Shown one piece after another: positions 45,276 through 55,558 of a DNA stretch of 64,000 nt. Every line of letters begins with the position of its first letter. Position 1 is the first letter of the stretch. The stretch lies in the IMG/VR virus record IMGVR_UViG_3300020183_000012, positions 64,001-128,000 of that record; one strand, 5' to 3'. Source of the DNA: a virus. The notes under the pieces are model-generated. The model was not told the origin of the DNA and made no database searches. It worked only from the letters and a program-made list of their open reading frames with translations. The translations under genes were made by a program, and so were the position numbers.

Positions 45276-45947
45276 ATGAACTGGAAAAAAAGAGCGCAAT
45301 TTTCTGGACCAGCAATTGGTGACATTGATGACATTTTGGGAAACATACATCAGACTAAAATGTATGAAGAAGATGCCAAACAAGGTACAATTAGGGGACG
45401 TAGGCCTTCCGAAGATTCTGTACCAACAGTGCAAACAGAGCCTGAATATTTATTGACCCAAAAAAGAGAGAAAGATCTTGAGAATAAAGAAACAAAAATA
45501 TCAAGATATTATTCTCCTCACATTTCAGAACAAGTTAATCATTCTGTAAATAGCGCTATTGATTCGATATTAAAACTAAGCAAAGCATTTAAACTCGGCA
45601 AGGCCATTAATGAATTAATGGAAAATAAAAATATTATAGATAAAATAACTTTGCATTCCTACAAGATGTTAAGAGCAAAGCTTGTTTCAGGTGTTCTTAG
45701 CAATATTAATAAAAAGAATGAATGGGCAGATAGAGAAACAGCTATAATATCTAATATAAGAGTAAAAGAATTATTATCTGTTTACGAGAATGAAGAAAAA
45801 AATATACTAGGAGTTTTTAAAGAAGTAGTAGAAGAAATTTCTTTTAAGACAAAAAAAATTGCTGAATATTCAGCGATATTTGAAATGATAGTAAAAGAAT
45901 TTTTAAACAGTTTGAAATATAATAGTTTAGATTATTCTGAAAGTTAA
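45276..45947 (+). CDS. hypothetical protein
   Basis: start reassigned to MNWKKRAQ. Confidence 0.7.
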   Translation: MNWKKRAQFSGPAIGDIDDILGNIHQTKMYEEDAKQGTIRGRRPSEDSVPTVQTEPEYLLTQKREKDLENKETKISRYYSPHISEQVNHSVNSAIDSILKLSKAFKLGKAINELMENKNIIDKITLHSYKMLRAKLVSGVLSNINKKNEWADRETAIISNIRVKELLSVYENEEKNILGVFKEVVEEISFKTKKIAEYSAIFEMIVKEFLNSLKYNSLDYSES

Positions 45948-45973
45948 AACCTTACAGACAATAAAAATTAAAA

Positions 45974-46711
45974 ATGAAAGTAGCTGTTTGCGTATCTGGA
46001 AAATTTGAAAGTGCACGCGATTTAATAATCTCCAATAATAGTATATTGAAAGACAAATTTTGTGGTGCTGATTTTTATTATGCAACATGGGATTACTATA
46101 AAGATTCTTTTTTAAACACTTTTCCAACATATGAATGTTTTTATTTTCAAGAGCCAGAAATAGAATATCATCCATATAAAGATATTAATCCAAAAAATTA
46201 TATATCTGCACGTTTTAAGGAAGCTTTTAAATATATAAAAAAGAAAAAAGACGGAAAAGGGATGGAGTGGTCATCTCATCATACAAAACAAATAATAATT
46301 CATTCTTGGCTTGCCGATTTGATAAGTGGAAAATACGACATTGTAATAAGAACAAGATTTGATGCAAGAATATGGGAAGAGGCAAATTTTGAATCATATA
46401 TTAGTGATTCTTATAAAAATAACAGGACAATAGGTTTTGCAACGACAAGACATAGTATGTTTAATAAAATATATGAGTCTACCAAGGGAGAAAAAAAAAG
46501 CACATCTGATTGGTTGCTTGATCAACTGATCATTCATCCTGCAAATTTCATAAATAGAAAAACCGTAGAAGAGCTGGACAGAAATAAAATACTTCATCCA
46601 GCTGAAATGGGATGGTATCAAGTTTTAAGTATGCCATATGGTTCAAGGCACAGAAATATGCATGGATGGGTAAATCATGATCGAAACATACCAGAAATAT
46701 TTATTAAGTAA
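45974..46711 (+). CDS. putative glycosyltransferase-like protein
   Basis: MKVAVCVSG...YDIVIRTRFD. Confidence 0.6.
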   Translation: MKVAVCVSGKFESARDLIISNNSILKDKFCGADFYYATWDYYKDSFLNTFPTYECFYFQEPEIEYHPYKDINPKNYISARFKEAFKYIKKKKDGKGMEWSSHHTKQIIIHSWLADLISGKYDIVIRTRFDARIWEEANFESYISDSYKNNRTIGFATTRHSMFNKIYESTKGEKKSTSDWLLDQLIIHPANFINRKTVEELDRNKILHPAEMGWYQVLSMPYGSRHRNMHGWVNHDRNIPEIFIK

Positions 46712-46723
46712 AAGGATTGAGTA

Positions 46724-47389
46724 ATGAAAAAAATCATAATGCAGCATTATACTGGTGAAATAAGCGGCTTAGTAAAATTATCAATAGAAAATATAAGTAA
46801 ATATGCAAAGAAGGTGGGATCAGAATATAAGCTTATAACTGGAAATGTTTTTCATTCCAATCTGAGTCCCCCGTGTCAAAAAATGCACATGCTTAATGAA
46901 ATTTTTGATTCATATGATGTTGTAGTAATGATGGATACAGATATGTTTAAAACAAAAAATGTTAATTTAAGTATATTCGAAGATACTGACGGAGTTGGGA
47001 TATTCACAAAAGATCAAAAAAGAGTTTTTAAAATGTTCAAAAAAATCCATCCAAATTTAGCAAATATAGAATATCCATATTTTGGAGGATGCATATGGAG
47101 AATGGATTTAAATTTGAGACAAACATTAAGAAAACACTTAGTTGAAGATGAAATATTAAAATTTAATTGTTCATTTGAAGATGAGGCAATATTCCATAGA
47201 CTTGCAACTAGAGCAGGAATAAAAGAATGTAAAATATTAGAAGAGATGTGGGGATACGGGAGTTATTATCCTAATCTTGAAGAACAGGCCATCATACACA
47301 TAAGAACAAAAATAAATCCAAATAATAAATTTTTAAAACGAACAAAAATGGAAAATTATATTGAGATTAAAAATGGGGGGATAATATAA
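46724..47389 (+). CDS. putative GT-A glycosyltransferase
   Basis: YDVVVMMDTD DxD motif. Confidence 0.65.
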   Translation: MKKIIMQHYTGEISGLVKLSIENISKYAKKVGSEYKLITGNVFHSNLSPPCQKMHMLNEIFDSYDVVVMMDTDMFKTKNVNLSIFEDTDGVGIFTKDQKRVFKMFKKIHPNLANIEYPYFGGCIWRMDLNLRQTLRKHLVEDEILKFNCSFEDEAIFHRLATRAGIKECKILEEMWGYGSYYPNLEEQAIIHIRTKINPNNKFLKRTKMENYIEIKNGGII

Positions 47390-48183
47390 TGAAATATTTA
47401 ATATATCAATACTGGGATGGAGATATAAATGAAGGTGCTAAATTTTCATCAAAACTGATGAAAGCATATGCAAAACAAATAGAATCAGATTATGTTTTTG
47501 AACTTAATCCAAAATTCAGAACTGATCTTGGTAAATATTCTCCTCACTATGGCCAATTTAAAATTGTATATGACAGCTTATTTAATAAGTATGATAAGAT
47601 TTTGTTTGCAGATACCGATGTGTTTCCAGTGGAAAATTTAAATAAAAATATTTTTGATGAATTTACATCAGATGTTGGGATGTGCACTGAACCATATCAG
47701 CCAAAAGCAAGATTAAAAATGAAAGGAAGTATAAATTCAAAAAATGACGAAAAGTGGGCAAAAGCAATAGAAAAAAAATGGAAAGCAAAAATGCCAAGGG
47801 GAGAAGATGGATTGTTGAAGGTTTACAATTCTGGTGTTGTTCTTTATTCCCAAAAGGGGATAGAGCAAATGAGAAAAAGATTTGTAGATTTTAAAAAATA
47901 TGTAAATTATATAAAGTCATGTGACTTGCCAGTTTTTTATACATGTGACCAGCCATATTTGCATGCTATGCTAAAAGTTTGCGAATTAAATTATCAAGAA
48001 ATGGAAAATGGATGGAATAGTTATATACATTATATTTTAGATGAAAATCAAAACAAAAAAATAAATGACACTCGTAATAAAAATACAAAGTTTGTGCACA
48101 TTCAACTTAGAGGAGCAGACAATTTTAGCGAAGATGTTTTATGGAGAATAACAAATAGATCTATAGCGGAGTGGGGAATATGA
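47389..48183 (+). CDS. putative GT-A glycosyltransferase
   Basis: ILFADTDV, YNSGVV, DQPYL, WN motifs. Confidence 0.75.
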   Translation: MKYLIYQYWDGDINEGAKFSSKLMKAYAKQIESDYVFELNPKFRTDLGKYSPHYGQFKIVYDSLFNKYDKILFADTDVFPVENLNKNIFDEFTSDVGMCTEPYQPKARLKMKGSINSKNDEKWAKAIEKKWKAKMPRGEDGLLKVYNSGVVLYSQKGIEQMRKRFVDFKKYVNYIKSCDLPVFYTCDQPYLHAMLKVCELNYQEMENGWNSYIHYILDENQNKKINDTRNKNTKFVHIQLRGADNFSEDVLWRITNRSIAEWGI

Positions 48184-48277
48184 TTGACTCCAAATAAACA
48201 AGAGTGTATAGAATATCTAAATAAATTAAATTATATTCAGTTTGATAAAACTGATGTAGACTATTATTTTTTAAAGT

Positions 48278-48967
48278 CTAATTGATATTTTTACTAAGAG
48301 CAATTATACATCTTTGTATTGTGTCTTTTTTTTCTTCTTCTGAAAATTCTACTCGTATTTTTTGTAAAAACATCATAGAGTCCTCACCCATTAGTTCAAG
48401 TATGACATGTTCGTAAAAGTTTCTATAGGAACCCGAGTATCCATCATGTATTTTTCTATGATCTATGCCAAGTTGTTTCTCAAGATCACATAAATCAGAC
48501 CACCATTCATCTATATCTTTTTTTGACAAAGTTCTACCATCAACTGTTTTTATCAGACTGCATTGATTTCTTGTGTTTGGATATATCACTTTTAGTCTTT
48601 CATATCTGGGCTTAAACTCTTCTTCTGGTATTATCCCATATATTCTGCAGTTATATGGGCGTTTATCGTGTATGGTGCATTTGTTTTCTTTAGATAGAAA
48701 TATGCATGGGTTGTCTTGTGAATTAAAAACATATGATGTCAGTGCTTTTTCAACAAGGTTTATAAAGGACTCTTTGCTCCAATTATTTGTTATAAAATTC
48801 CATATTAATTTAAATTCAACATTAAGTAAATTAGGCTGCTGTTTGGAGCAGCACCATGATGAACAGCCACCCTCATTTTCTGGCTTTAATATCCAATCCA
48901 TGCAGCCTGTAGTTTCAGGTATTTTGTTATACAGTAAAGACAGATCTTCAAATATTTTTTTACTCAT
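48278..48967 (-). CDS. YkgJ family cysteine-cluster protein
   Basis: CSSWCC, PCIFL...CTIHDKRPYNCRIYG. Confidence 0.8.
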   Translation of the reverse strand: MSKKIFEDLSLLYNKIPETTGCMDWILKPENEGGCSSWCCSKQQPNLLNVEFKLIWNFITNNWSKESFINLVEKALTSYVFNSQDNPCIFLSKENKCTIHDKRPYNCRIYGIIPEEEFKPRYERLKVIYPNTRNQCSLIKTVDGRTLSKKDIDEWWSDLCDLEKQLGIDHRKIHDGYSGSYRNFYEHVILELMGEDSMMFLQKIRVEFSEEEKKDTIQRCIIALSKNIN

Positions 48968-49041
48968 ATATAATTTTCGACATCATTGACAAATGATTAT
49001 TTTATTAAAAAATATAATATGTCAATAGGATGTAAATAAAA

Positions 49042-50637
49042 ATGAAAAATTGGTATAAACACATTAAAATATCTGAAACAAATACTGAAGAAGACAAACA
49101 CATAACTCTTACTTCAAATGAAGAAAATATTTTTAACATAATAAGATCTGCACGTAGCAAATACGCGAGTGATGTATCTCTTAGGGTTGCTGGAGGATGG
49201 GTTAGGGACAGGTTGCTAGGCAATATGTCTGATGACATAGATATAGCAGTTAGCGGAGGAAATGGCATAGTAATAGCAGAAGCAGTAAGAAAATTTGATC
49301 TTGATATGACTGGCGGAAAAAGAACAGATGATCCTTATTCTGTAAGTCTAGAAAAATCAAATAAAGGCTTAAAGGAAAAAAGTGCAGGCTTGCAGGTTGG
49401 TGGTATCAATATACTCGGTATGAAAATTGAATTTGTTCCAATGAGAACAGAAGTGTATTCTGAAGAAAGTAGAATTCCCTTAATAAGAGCAACTGACAGC
49501 CCATCTGAAGACGCAAAAAGAAGAGATCTTACAATAAATTCTCTATACTACAATCTAGATACAAGAGAAGTAGAAGATTACACTGGGGGATTTGATGATC
49601 TTAAAAGCAAGGTACTGAAAACACCAATAAGCCCACTAGAGACATTAATAGAAGATCCGCTGAGAGCGCTTAGGGCGATAAGATTTGTATCTAAAATGCC
49701 TGGTTTTAAACTTGATGATTCTTTGCTTTCTGCTCTATCAATGAAAGAATTACACGATGCATACAGAAAAAAAGTTTCACCAGAAAGAGCAAAAGTAGAG
49801 ATAGAAAAAATAATAAAGGGAGAAAGACCGTCAGATTCTATTAGATTGCTTTTGCAAAGCGGACTTTATTTACCCGTTTTTTCAAGTGAAAGACTTGACT
49901 CATTTAAGCCAATAACCATGGATCAAAACACCAAGCACCATAAATTAAACTTACTTAACCACACAATTTTAGTTGTTGAAAATCTTGATAGGATCATGAG
50001 AGAAAATGGATTCTCTGATAGAGAAAGATATCTTGCAGTACTTGCTGCTCTTTTTCATGATTTTGGCAAAATGGATCCTTCAATAGAAAAACCAAGTAAA
50101 AAAGACCCATCTCAATCAAGCTATCATGGACATGAAAATGTTTCAGCAGAGATTGCCGAAGAAATACTTAAAAGACTTGGTTTTGGCGCGGACAGAAATA
50201 TAGTAAAGTCAATAGTAGAGAGCCACATGATACCGCACTCTTTTATTGATTTGAGCAACAAGTCAATCGGAAATTTTATTAGAAGATTTGAAAGTTTGCC
50301 TATTGATGATGAAATAAAAGAGTCTCTTTGGAAACTTGTGTTTGTCCATTCAATTGCAGATACTATGGGCAAGGGAAAAATAGATGAAAAAGAACTTGAA
50401 GAAATAGAGCAAAAGAAAAAATCTATAAGTAAAATAGAAGAGTTCTTAAAAGAAAGAGAAAAAGTGGGCAAAAAACCTATTTTAAATGGCAATCAAATAA
50501 TGAAATTGTTTCCAATGAAAGATCCTAAAAGTCGATACATAGCAGATATGCAAAAAACACTTTTAGAAGCACAGGACAATGGATCTGTAACTAACGAAGA
50601 GCAAGCAAAAGAATATTTACTTGAATTGTTTAATTAA
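49042..50637 (+). CDS. cca: CCA tRNA nucleotidyltransferase with HD domain
   Basis: VAGGWVRDRLLG..SDDIDI, RTEVY..SR, DAKRRDLTINS, EDPLRALRAIRF, HDFGK. Confidence 0.92.
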   Translation: MKNWYKHIKISETNTEEDKHITLTSNEENIFNIIRSARSKYASDVSLRVAGGWVRDRLLGNMSDDIDIAVSGGNGIVIAEAVRKFDLDMTGGKRTDDPYSVSLEKSNKGLKEKSAGLQVGGINILGMKIEFVPMRTEVYSEESRIPLIRATDSPSEDAKRRDLTINSLYYNLDTREVEDYTGGFDDLKSKVLKTPISPLETLIEDPLRALRAIRFVSKMPGFKLDDSLLSALSMKELHDAYRKKVSPERAKVEIEKIIKGERPSDSIRLLLQSGLYLPVFSSERLDSFKPITMDQNTKHHKLNLLNHTILVVENLDRIMRENGFSDRERYLAVLAALFHDFGKMDPSIEKPSKKDPSQSSYHGHENVSAEIAEEILKRLGFGADRNIVKSIVESHMIPHSFIDLSNKSIGNFIRRFESLPIDDEIKESLWKLVFVHSIADTMGKGKIDEKELEEIEQKKKSISKIEEFLKEREKVGKKPILNGNQIMKLFPMKDPKSRYIADMQKTLLEAQDNGSVTNEEQAKEYLLELFN

Positions 50638-50647
50638 TGTAAAAAAT

Positions 50648-51331
50648 ATGAGATGTCCATCTGTTTTTATAGTTTCTCAAGGAGGGTGTGGATCCTCAGT
50701 TTTTTTTGATCAACTTGGATATGGATCAAAATGTGAGCGTGTAACTGGCTGTGTATGTGTAAAAAAACATGTAAAGTCTTCATTCTTAAAAAAAATGAAG
50801 TTCCCAAAAAATACTAAAATTTTATACATATATGGAAACCCATATGATCAAATCATATCATTGTCAAGAAGAAATTTGATACCGCTTTTAATATATGAAT
50901 ATGAAAATTCATGTAATGAAAAATACATAAACGCGTTTAGTAATTCTAGTTTTTTAAAATGGGTTAACTATGAATTAAAAAATGCTACAAAAAAAAATGA
51001 CGAAGACCTTACGGCTGAATATCTATCTAGATACACAGAAGACAATAATGTACTTTTGGACTTTAAGGAGCACTATATGTCTTGGAGAAAAGTACCAATT
51101 AAAAATGTTTCTGTGAGGCTTATAAAATATGATGAAATATTAAAATCTGGAAAAGAAAAAATATGCTCATGGCTTAAAAGAGATTTTCATTTTGAACCTA
51201 AAAAAAGAAATTCAAACTATATAAATTTCAAAAACAACCATCCTGATTTGTTTAAAAAAATAGAAAATAAATATAAAAATTGGTTCAATATATATGAAAA
51301 ATTACCATTAGTTGAAGACATAATATGGTAG
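50648..51331 (+). CDS. sulfotransferase-like P-loop protein
   Basis: VSQGGCGSS, IYGNPYD..IS, IKYDE. Confidence 0.55.
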   Translation: MRCPSVFIVSQGGCGSSVFFDQLGYGSKCERVTGCVCVKKHVKSSFLKKMKFPKNTKILYIYGNPYDQIISLSRRNLIPLLIYEYENSCNEKYINAFSNSSFLKWVNYELKNATKKNDEDLTAEYLSRYTEDNNVLLDFKEHYMSWRKVPIKNVSVRLIKYDEILKSGKEKICSWLKRDFHFEPKKRNSNYINFKNNHPDLFKKIENKYKNWFNIYEKLPLVEDIIW

Positions 51332-51455
51332 ATGAATGAAAAACCGCAAACAGTATAAATTAAATTTATACCAAGTTGGGGGTAAATTAAGAAAAGGTCT
51401 GGTAACAATTGTACGGTAATAGATATCGTATATTTATAAATTAAGGAAATTTAAA

Positions 51456-51974
51456 ATGAAAAATTGGTTTTTGAAGTCAGCAGAATCTGGAGATGAAAAA
51501 TTAAAGTCTTTTGTTGAAAGCGTAGAGTTTAAGACAACAAAAAAGAAGCCACTTAATTATGTTTTTTATCAAATAATTAATGGAGACGTAAGTAAAATGC
51601 CAGCTTTGAGCTATGGAGTAAACGACAAAGATCAGAATCTTATAGTTACTCAATTTCCGGACGAAGGTGAGGAAGAAACACAAAATATGGCAAAGAATGG
51701 AGATATAATCGTATCCGGGCCTGCGCATGAAAAATATGTAGTAAAACAAGAAAAATTTAAAAAGAACTATTCTGGAGAGATTGGTGAAAGCGTTTCTCCT
51801 GAGCAGTCTACCAGGATGGCTGCAAAGTATACAGGACAAGAAGAAATAATGTTTACTGCTTCATGGGGAGAAAAAATGAGGCTTAAACCTGGAGACTACA
51901 TAATAAAAGAAGATGAAAACAAATACTATAGAGTTAGACGTAAAATGTTTGAGTTGACATACGAGCCAGTGTAA
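51456..51974 (+). CDS. PGDYG-like domain protein
   Basis: GDIIVSGPAHEKY...ASWGE.M.LKPGDY...FELTY. Confidence 0.65.
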   Translation: MKNWFLKSAESGDEKLKSFVESVEFKTTKKKPLNYVFYQIINGDVSKMPALSYGVNDKDQNLIVTQFPDEGEEETQNMAKNGDIIVSGPAHEKYVVKQEKFKKNYSGEIGESVSPEQSTRMAAKYTGQEEIMFTASWGEKMRLKPGDYIIKEDENKYYRVRRKMFELTYEPV

Positions 51975-51990
51975 ATGGTATAAATATGTT

Positions 51991-52623
51991 ATGAAAAAAC
52001 CATTCAATCTACATAGATTTGCGTCAAATAAAATACCAGCGACAAAAGCCAGTATTCTTGTTGACAATTTGAGAAACACGTATGTCGCTAAAATAATTAA
52101 AAATAAAAAAATAGATAAAAATCTATATATAGATTTAAATAAAAAAAATTTATATGTAATAGCTGAACTTAATAGTATATTTAATCATTCTAGGTATAAA
52201 AATTTAAGCATGATGGTTTATTTACTTCAATCATCGATGCCGATTCAAAATATTCCAGTTGGAATAATTATTGATTATTTGTTACACAATCCAATGGCAC
52301 TATTAGAAGCAATAGGAAATGCATATTCATACAAAAACTTTACACATCCAGATCGGTTTACAGCACCTTATACGAATAATATTAAAACAAAAAATAAAAC
52401 CGACTTTAAAAATATATTAGAAATTTTACCATTAGATTGGATTAATTTAGTACTGTTAAAAGGCACAAACATAATAGAAGTTGTAAAAATTATGTGTGAA
52501 ATAAATTTTGATTTTTCAAAAGTCAATAAAGAATCTATTAGGGCATTAAGATTGAACAAAAGAATTTTAAATAGTATCGATGATTGTCCTAATCTTAAAG
52601 GTTTTTTAGCCAGTAAAAAGTAA
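51991..52623 (+). CDS. hypothetical protein
   Basis: MKKPFNLHRFAS leader. Confidence 0.65.
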   Translation: MKKPFNLHRFASNKIPATKASILVDNLRNTYVAKIIKNKKIDKNLYIDLNKKNLYVIAELNSIFNHSRYKNLSMMVYLLQSSMPIQNIPVGIIIDYLLHNPMALLEAIGNAYSYKNFTHPDRFTAPYTNNIKTKNKTDFKNILEILPLDWINLVLLKGTNIIEVVKIMCEINFDFSKVNKESIRALRLNKRILNSIDDCPNLKGFLASKK

Positions 52624-52634
52624 TATTTTATATT

Positions 52635-52862
52635 ATGAATACATTATTAATAAAATTAAAGTCTTATGTATGTGCGTTTTTTTCTTTTATATCTTCTGAA
52701 TTAAATATAATTGATAGCCAGGTAAAGCAAAAACAAGAACCTAAAAAGTCTACAAGAAAAACCGGATCTGAATCTGAAAGGCTTTCATATTCTCAAAAAA
52801 ATAAAATAGAAAGTTACTTAAAAAATAATTCAAAGTCTAAATCAATAAAGAAGAATAAGTAG
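52635..52862 (+). CDS. hypothetical protein
   Basis: 75-aa basic ORF. Confidence 0.45.
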   Translation: MNTLLIKLKSYVCAFFSFISSELNIIDSQVKQKQEPKKSTRKTGSESERLSYSQKNKIESYLKNNSKSKSIKKNK

Positions 52863-52867
52863 CATAC

Positions 52868-53125
52868 TCATCTTCTTTTCTTTTTGCATTCAGATTGAGG
52901 AATAAGAAAAATTGGGAATGTGGCAATAGACATAAATATTAACATTGCTATAAAGCTTGAAATCTGTTCGTCAACCATTATATACTCTTTCAGTATATGG
53001 CCAAATATTGAAGAAACAGGAAGAGATGGCAACATAAAAACAGCACAACACAACCACGGTATAAAGTTGGCGCAAACAGTTTTACCAGTTCTTTCCAGTA
53101 TTATCTTAATTTTATTATAATCCAT
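52868..53125 (-). CDS. small membrane protein
   Basis: two hydrophobic segments; AAAGGAG SD. Confidence 0.65.
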   Translation of the reverse strand: MDYNKIKIILERTGKTVCANFIPWLCCAVFMLPSLPVSSIFGHILKEYIMVDEQISSFIAMLIFMSIATFPIFLIPQSECKKKRR

Positions 53126-53205
53126 TGTTTTCTCCTTTGTATATTTAATTATTATATTAATATAAAAATTACCCTCCTAAAAGTACGATATAAAATAATT
53201 GATTT

Positions 53206-53922
53206 ATGAAGTACTTGGTATACACTGTATCTGATTTTACTGATTACGCAGAAGAGTGCATAGCATATCTTTATGAAAGCATAATAAACAATAATGATGC
53301 GTCGATTTTTGATTTTTGTATAGTTTCAAATAATAAAAATTTAAAGTCTAATTTTGATATAATATTTGATGATAATAATAGTAGCTATATAGGGTGGTCA
53401 AAGTACACAAAAAAATTACCAAACGGATATGATGGCTATCTATATTTAGATAGTGATATATTATTTAATGAAAAAATTAAAAACATGTTTGGGCAATATG
53501 ATAATTCAGTTGTATGTGAAAGTCAACAGATGGCATCTCCATGGTTTATGTTTAGTTTATCAAGCGAAGAAGAAAAAAAAGAAATGTCAAAAATAAATGG
53601 ATTTAATGCTGGGACTTTTGCTTTCAAAAAAAAAGATGTTTTGATAGAGATAAGTAACATATGTGATAGAATAAAAAATAAAAATTTTAATACGATACAG
53701 CAGGCCTGTACTGAGCAAACATGTTTTAACTATTGGATTTTTAATTGTTTAAAGAAAAAAATACTTTTTAACAACTTGACAAGAATGGTTCAATTGCATG
53801 TTACTGAAAAGCAAGAAAATAAAAGCGTTTTTCATTTTTGCGGATTTACGGGTAATATGAAAGACAAATATGAAAGAATGAAAAAATTTATAGAAAGGTA
53901 TGAAAAAAATGGATCGAGATAA
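53206..53922 (+). CDS. GT8-like glycosyltransferase
   Basis: YLYLDSDI, FNAG, EQTCFN, HFCG. Confidence 0.75.
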   Translation: MKYLVYTVSDFTDYAEECIAYLYESIINNNDASIFDFCIVSNNKNLKSNFDIIFDDNNSSYIGWSKYTKKLPNGYDGYLYLDSDILFNEKIKNMFGQYDNSVVCESQQMASPWFMFSLSSEEEKKEMSKINGFNAGTFAFKKKDVLIEISNICDRIKNKNFNTIQQACTEQTCFNYWIFNCLKKKILFNNLTRMVQLHVTEKQENKSVFHFCGFTGNMKDKYERMKKFIERYEKNGSR

Positions 53923-54436
53923 AATGATATCGCTTTTACCTAAAAATCTAGTTTGGGTTGAACTTGGAGTTTTTGAGGGGGAATTTTCTAAAAAAATATT
54001 CGAACTAACACAGCCAAAAGAACTTCATCTTGTTGACATATTTCCAAAATCTATGGTGTCTGGAGATAAAGACGGGAAAAACAGAAAAACGCTAGACTTA
54101 AGAAATATTCCAAGTGAACTTAAAGATTATTTTAGGGGCAAAAATGTTCATATACACAAATGCACAACAACGGAATTTTTAGAAAAAGCAATAGAAACTT
54201 CTATGCATATAGATGCAGTGTATATAGACGCTGATCATTCTTATGGAGCTGTTGCTTCTGATTTAAAAAGAAGCTTTCAGGCCTTAAAAAAAGGTGGATA
54301 CATATGTGGGCACGACTATAATCCTCAAAGATTTCCAGGAGTAGTAAAAGCAGTTAATGAATTTTGTGCAAAAAGAAATCTAAAGATAGAGACAAAGACA
54401 GAAGATCTGCTACCTTCTTATCTTATAAAGTTATAA
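53900..54436 (+). CDS. class I SAM methyltransferase (Methyltransf_24-like)
   Basis: VELGVFEGEFS, YIDADHSY, GGYICGHDY. Confidence 0.88.
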   Translation: MKKMDRDKMISLLPKNLVWVELGVFEGEFSKKIFELTQPKELHLVDIFPKSMVSGDKDGKNRKTLDLRNIPSELKDYFRGKNVHIHKCTTTEFLEKAIETSMHIDAVYIDADHSYGAVASDLKRSFQALKKGGYICGHDYNPQRFPGVVKAVNEFCAKRNLKIETKTEDLLPSYLIKL

Positions 54437-54439
54437 AAA

Positions 54440-55120
54440 TTAACTTGAAATGTTTTTTCTTGTCTTTTGATTTATATAAGAATAAACCTCTAATATATCG
54501 TCATGGGCTGTAGTTATGTGCTCAAGCTCCCAGCCTTCTATTTTATCAGAATTTGATATTTTTTCTTTCATTTCTTCAAGCATTGGTATCATTTGATGTA
54601 TTTTTTCCATCATCATACCTTGGTTCTGATTAAAGCAATCATCACATGATGAAGAAGCTTTTTTTGTTGCAGGATTAGACTTAATTATATTTATAGTGTC
54701 GGTATAGTTTTTATCGTATCTCTGTTTTATAAATGCATTTAAATTATTAACTTGTTGAGGAGAGGCGATTCCAGATATTGCATTATTAAAAATTTCTATC
54801 ATTTGACCGTTTATAAACTCAAGTTGCCCTCCAATGTTGTTTGGCAAATTGTTCATTGGAAGCGCTTCAAATATACCTTTATTAGCTTTTCCTAATGAGG
54901 TGATCATTGCAGCAATATCTTTAGCCCCAGCAATTCCAGAAGATGCAATCATATTTTTAAGTTGACTGGAATAGGCATTTAGTGTTTGCGAAACTTGCTG
55001 ATTATTTGATTGATTTGCACCTTGTGCATTTTGGGTATTTTGTTCGTACTGTGGTGCTGCGCCAGGAATTACTGCACCGAATCCTTGATTTTGCTGCGAT
55101 GACTTAAACCAATTATGCAT
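54440..55120 (-). CDS. hypothetical protein
   Basis: MHNWFKSSQ N-terminus, Q/N-rich. Confidence 0.7.
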   Translation of the reverse strand: MHNWFKSSQQNQGFGAVIPGAAPQYEQNTQNAQGANQSNNQQVSQTLNAYSSQLKNMIASSGIAGAKDIAAMITSLGKANKGIFEALPMNNLPNNIGGQLEFINGQMIEIFNNAISGIASPQQVNNLNAFIKQRYDKNYTDTINIIKSNPATKKASSSCDDCFNQNQGMMMEKIHQMIPMLEEMKEKISNSDKIEGWELEHITTAHDDILEVYSYINQKTRKNISS

Positions 55121-55161
55121 AATATATATGTATTATGTATAATATTTAAAAAACCTTTAAG

Positions 55162-55494
55162 CTATTCTTCTGGGTTTATTCTAAAATAAATGTCTTTTAT
55201 TTTAGAATTAAGATATTCATTTTGAAAATCTGCATCAATAGCATCTTCTATTGCAGAAAAAAGATCATCTAGTAAAGATGATGAATTTTTACTAAAATCA
55301 AATGTTTCGTTGACAAAATTTTCCATTTGATCTGAATTTTGTATATTATTTGGATTTATATAAAATGGATAAATGTAGCTATTGGGACCGTTGAGACCAT
55401 CTGGTATTTGCCAAATTTGATCCCAATTTATGCCTTCTATTTTTTCTAAATTATGGCTATTCTCTTCTTTGTTTTCTTCGTTTTTGTCTTTCAT
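55162..55494 (-). CDS. hypothetical protein
   Basis: 110-aa acidic ORF. Confidence 0.6.
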   Translation of the reverse strand: MKDKNEENKEENSHNLEKIEGINWDQIWQIPDGLNGPNSYIYPFYINPNNIQNSDQMENFVNETFDFSKNSSSLLDDLFSAIEDAIDADFQNEYLNSKIKDIYFRINPEE

Positions 55495-55558
55495 ATATCT
55501 TATTTCGTCATAGGATAATATTTTTTTTAAGAGAATATACTCATATTAGGAGATTTAA

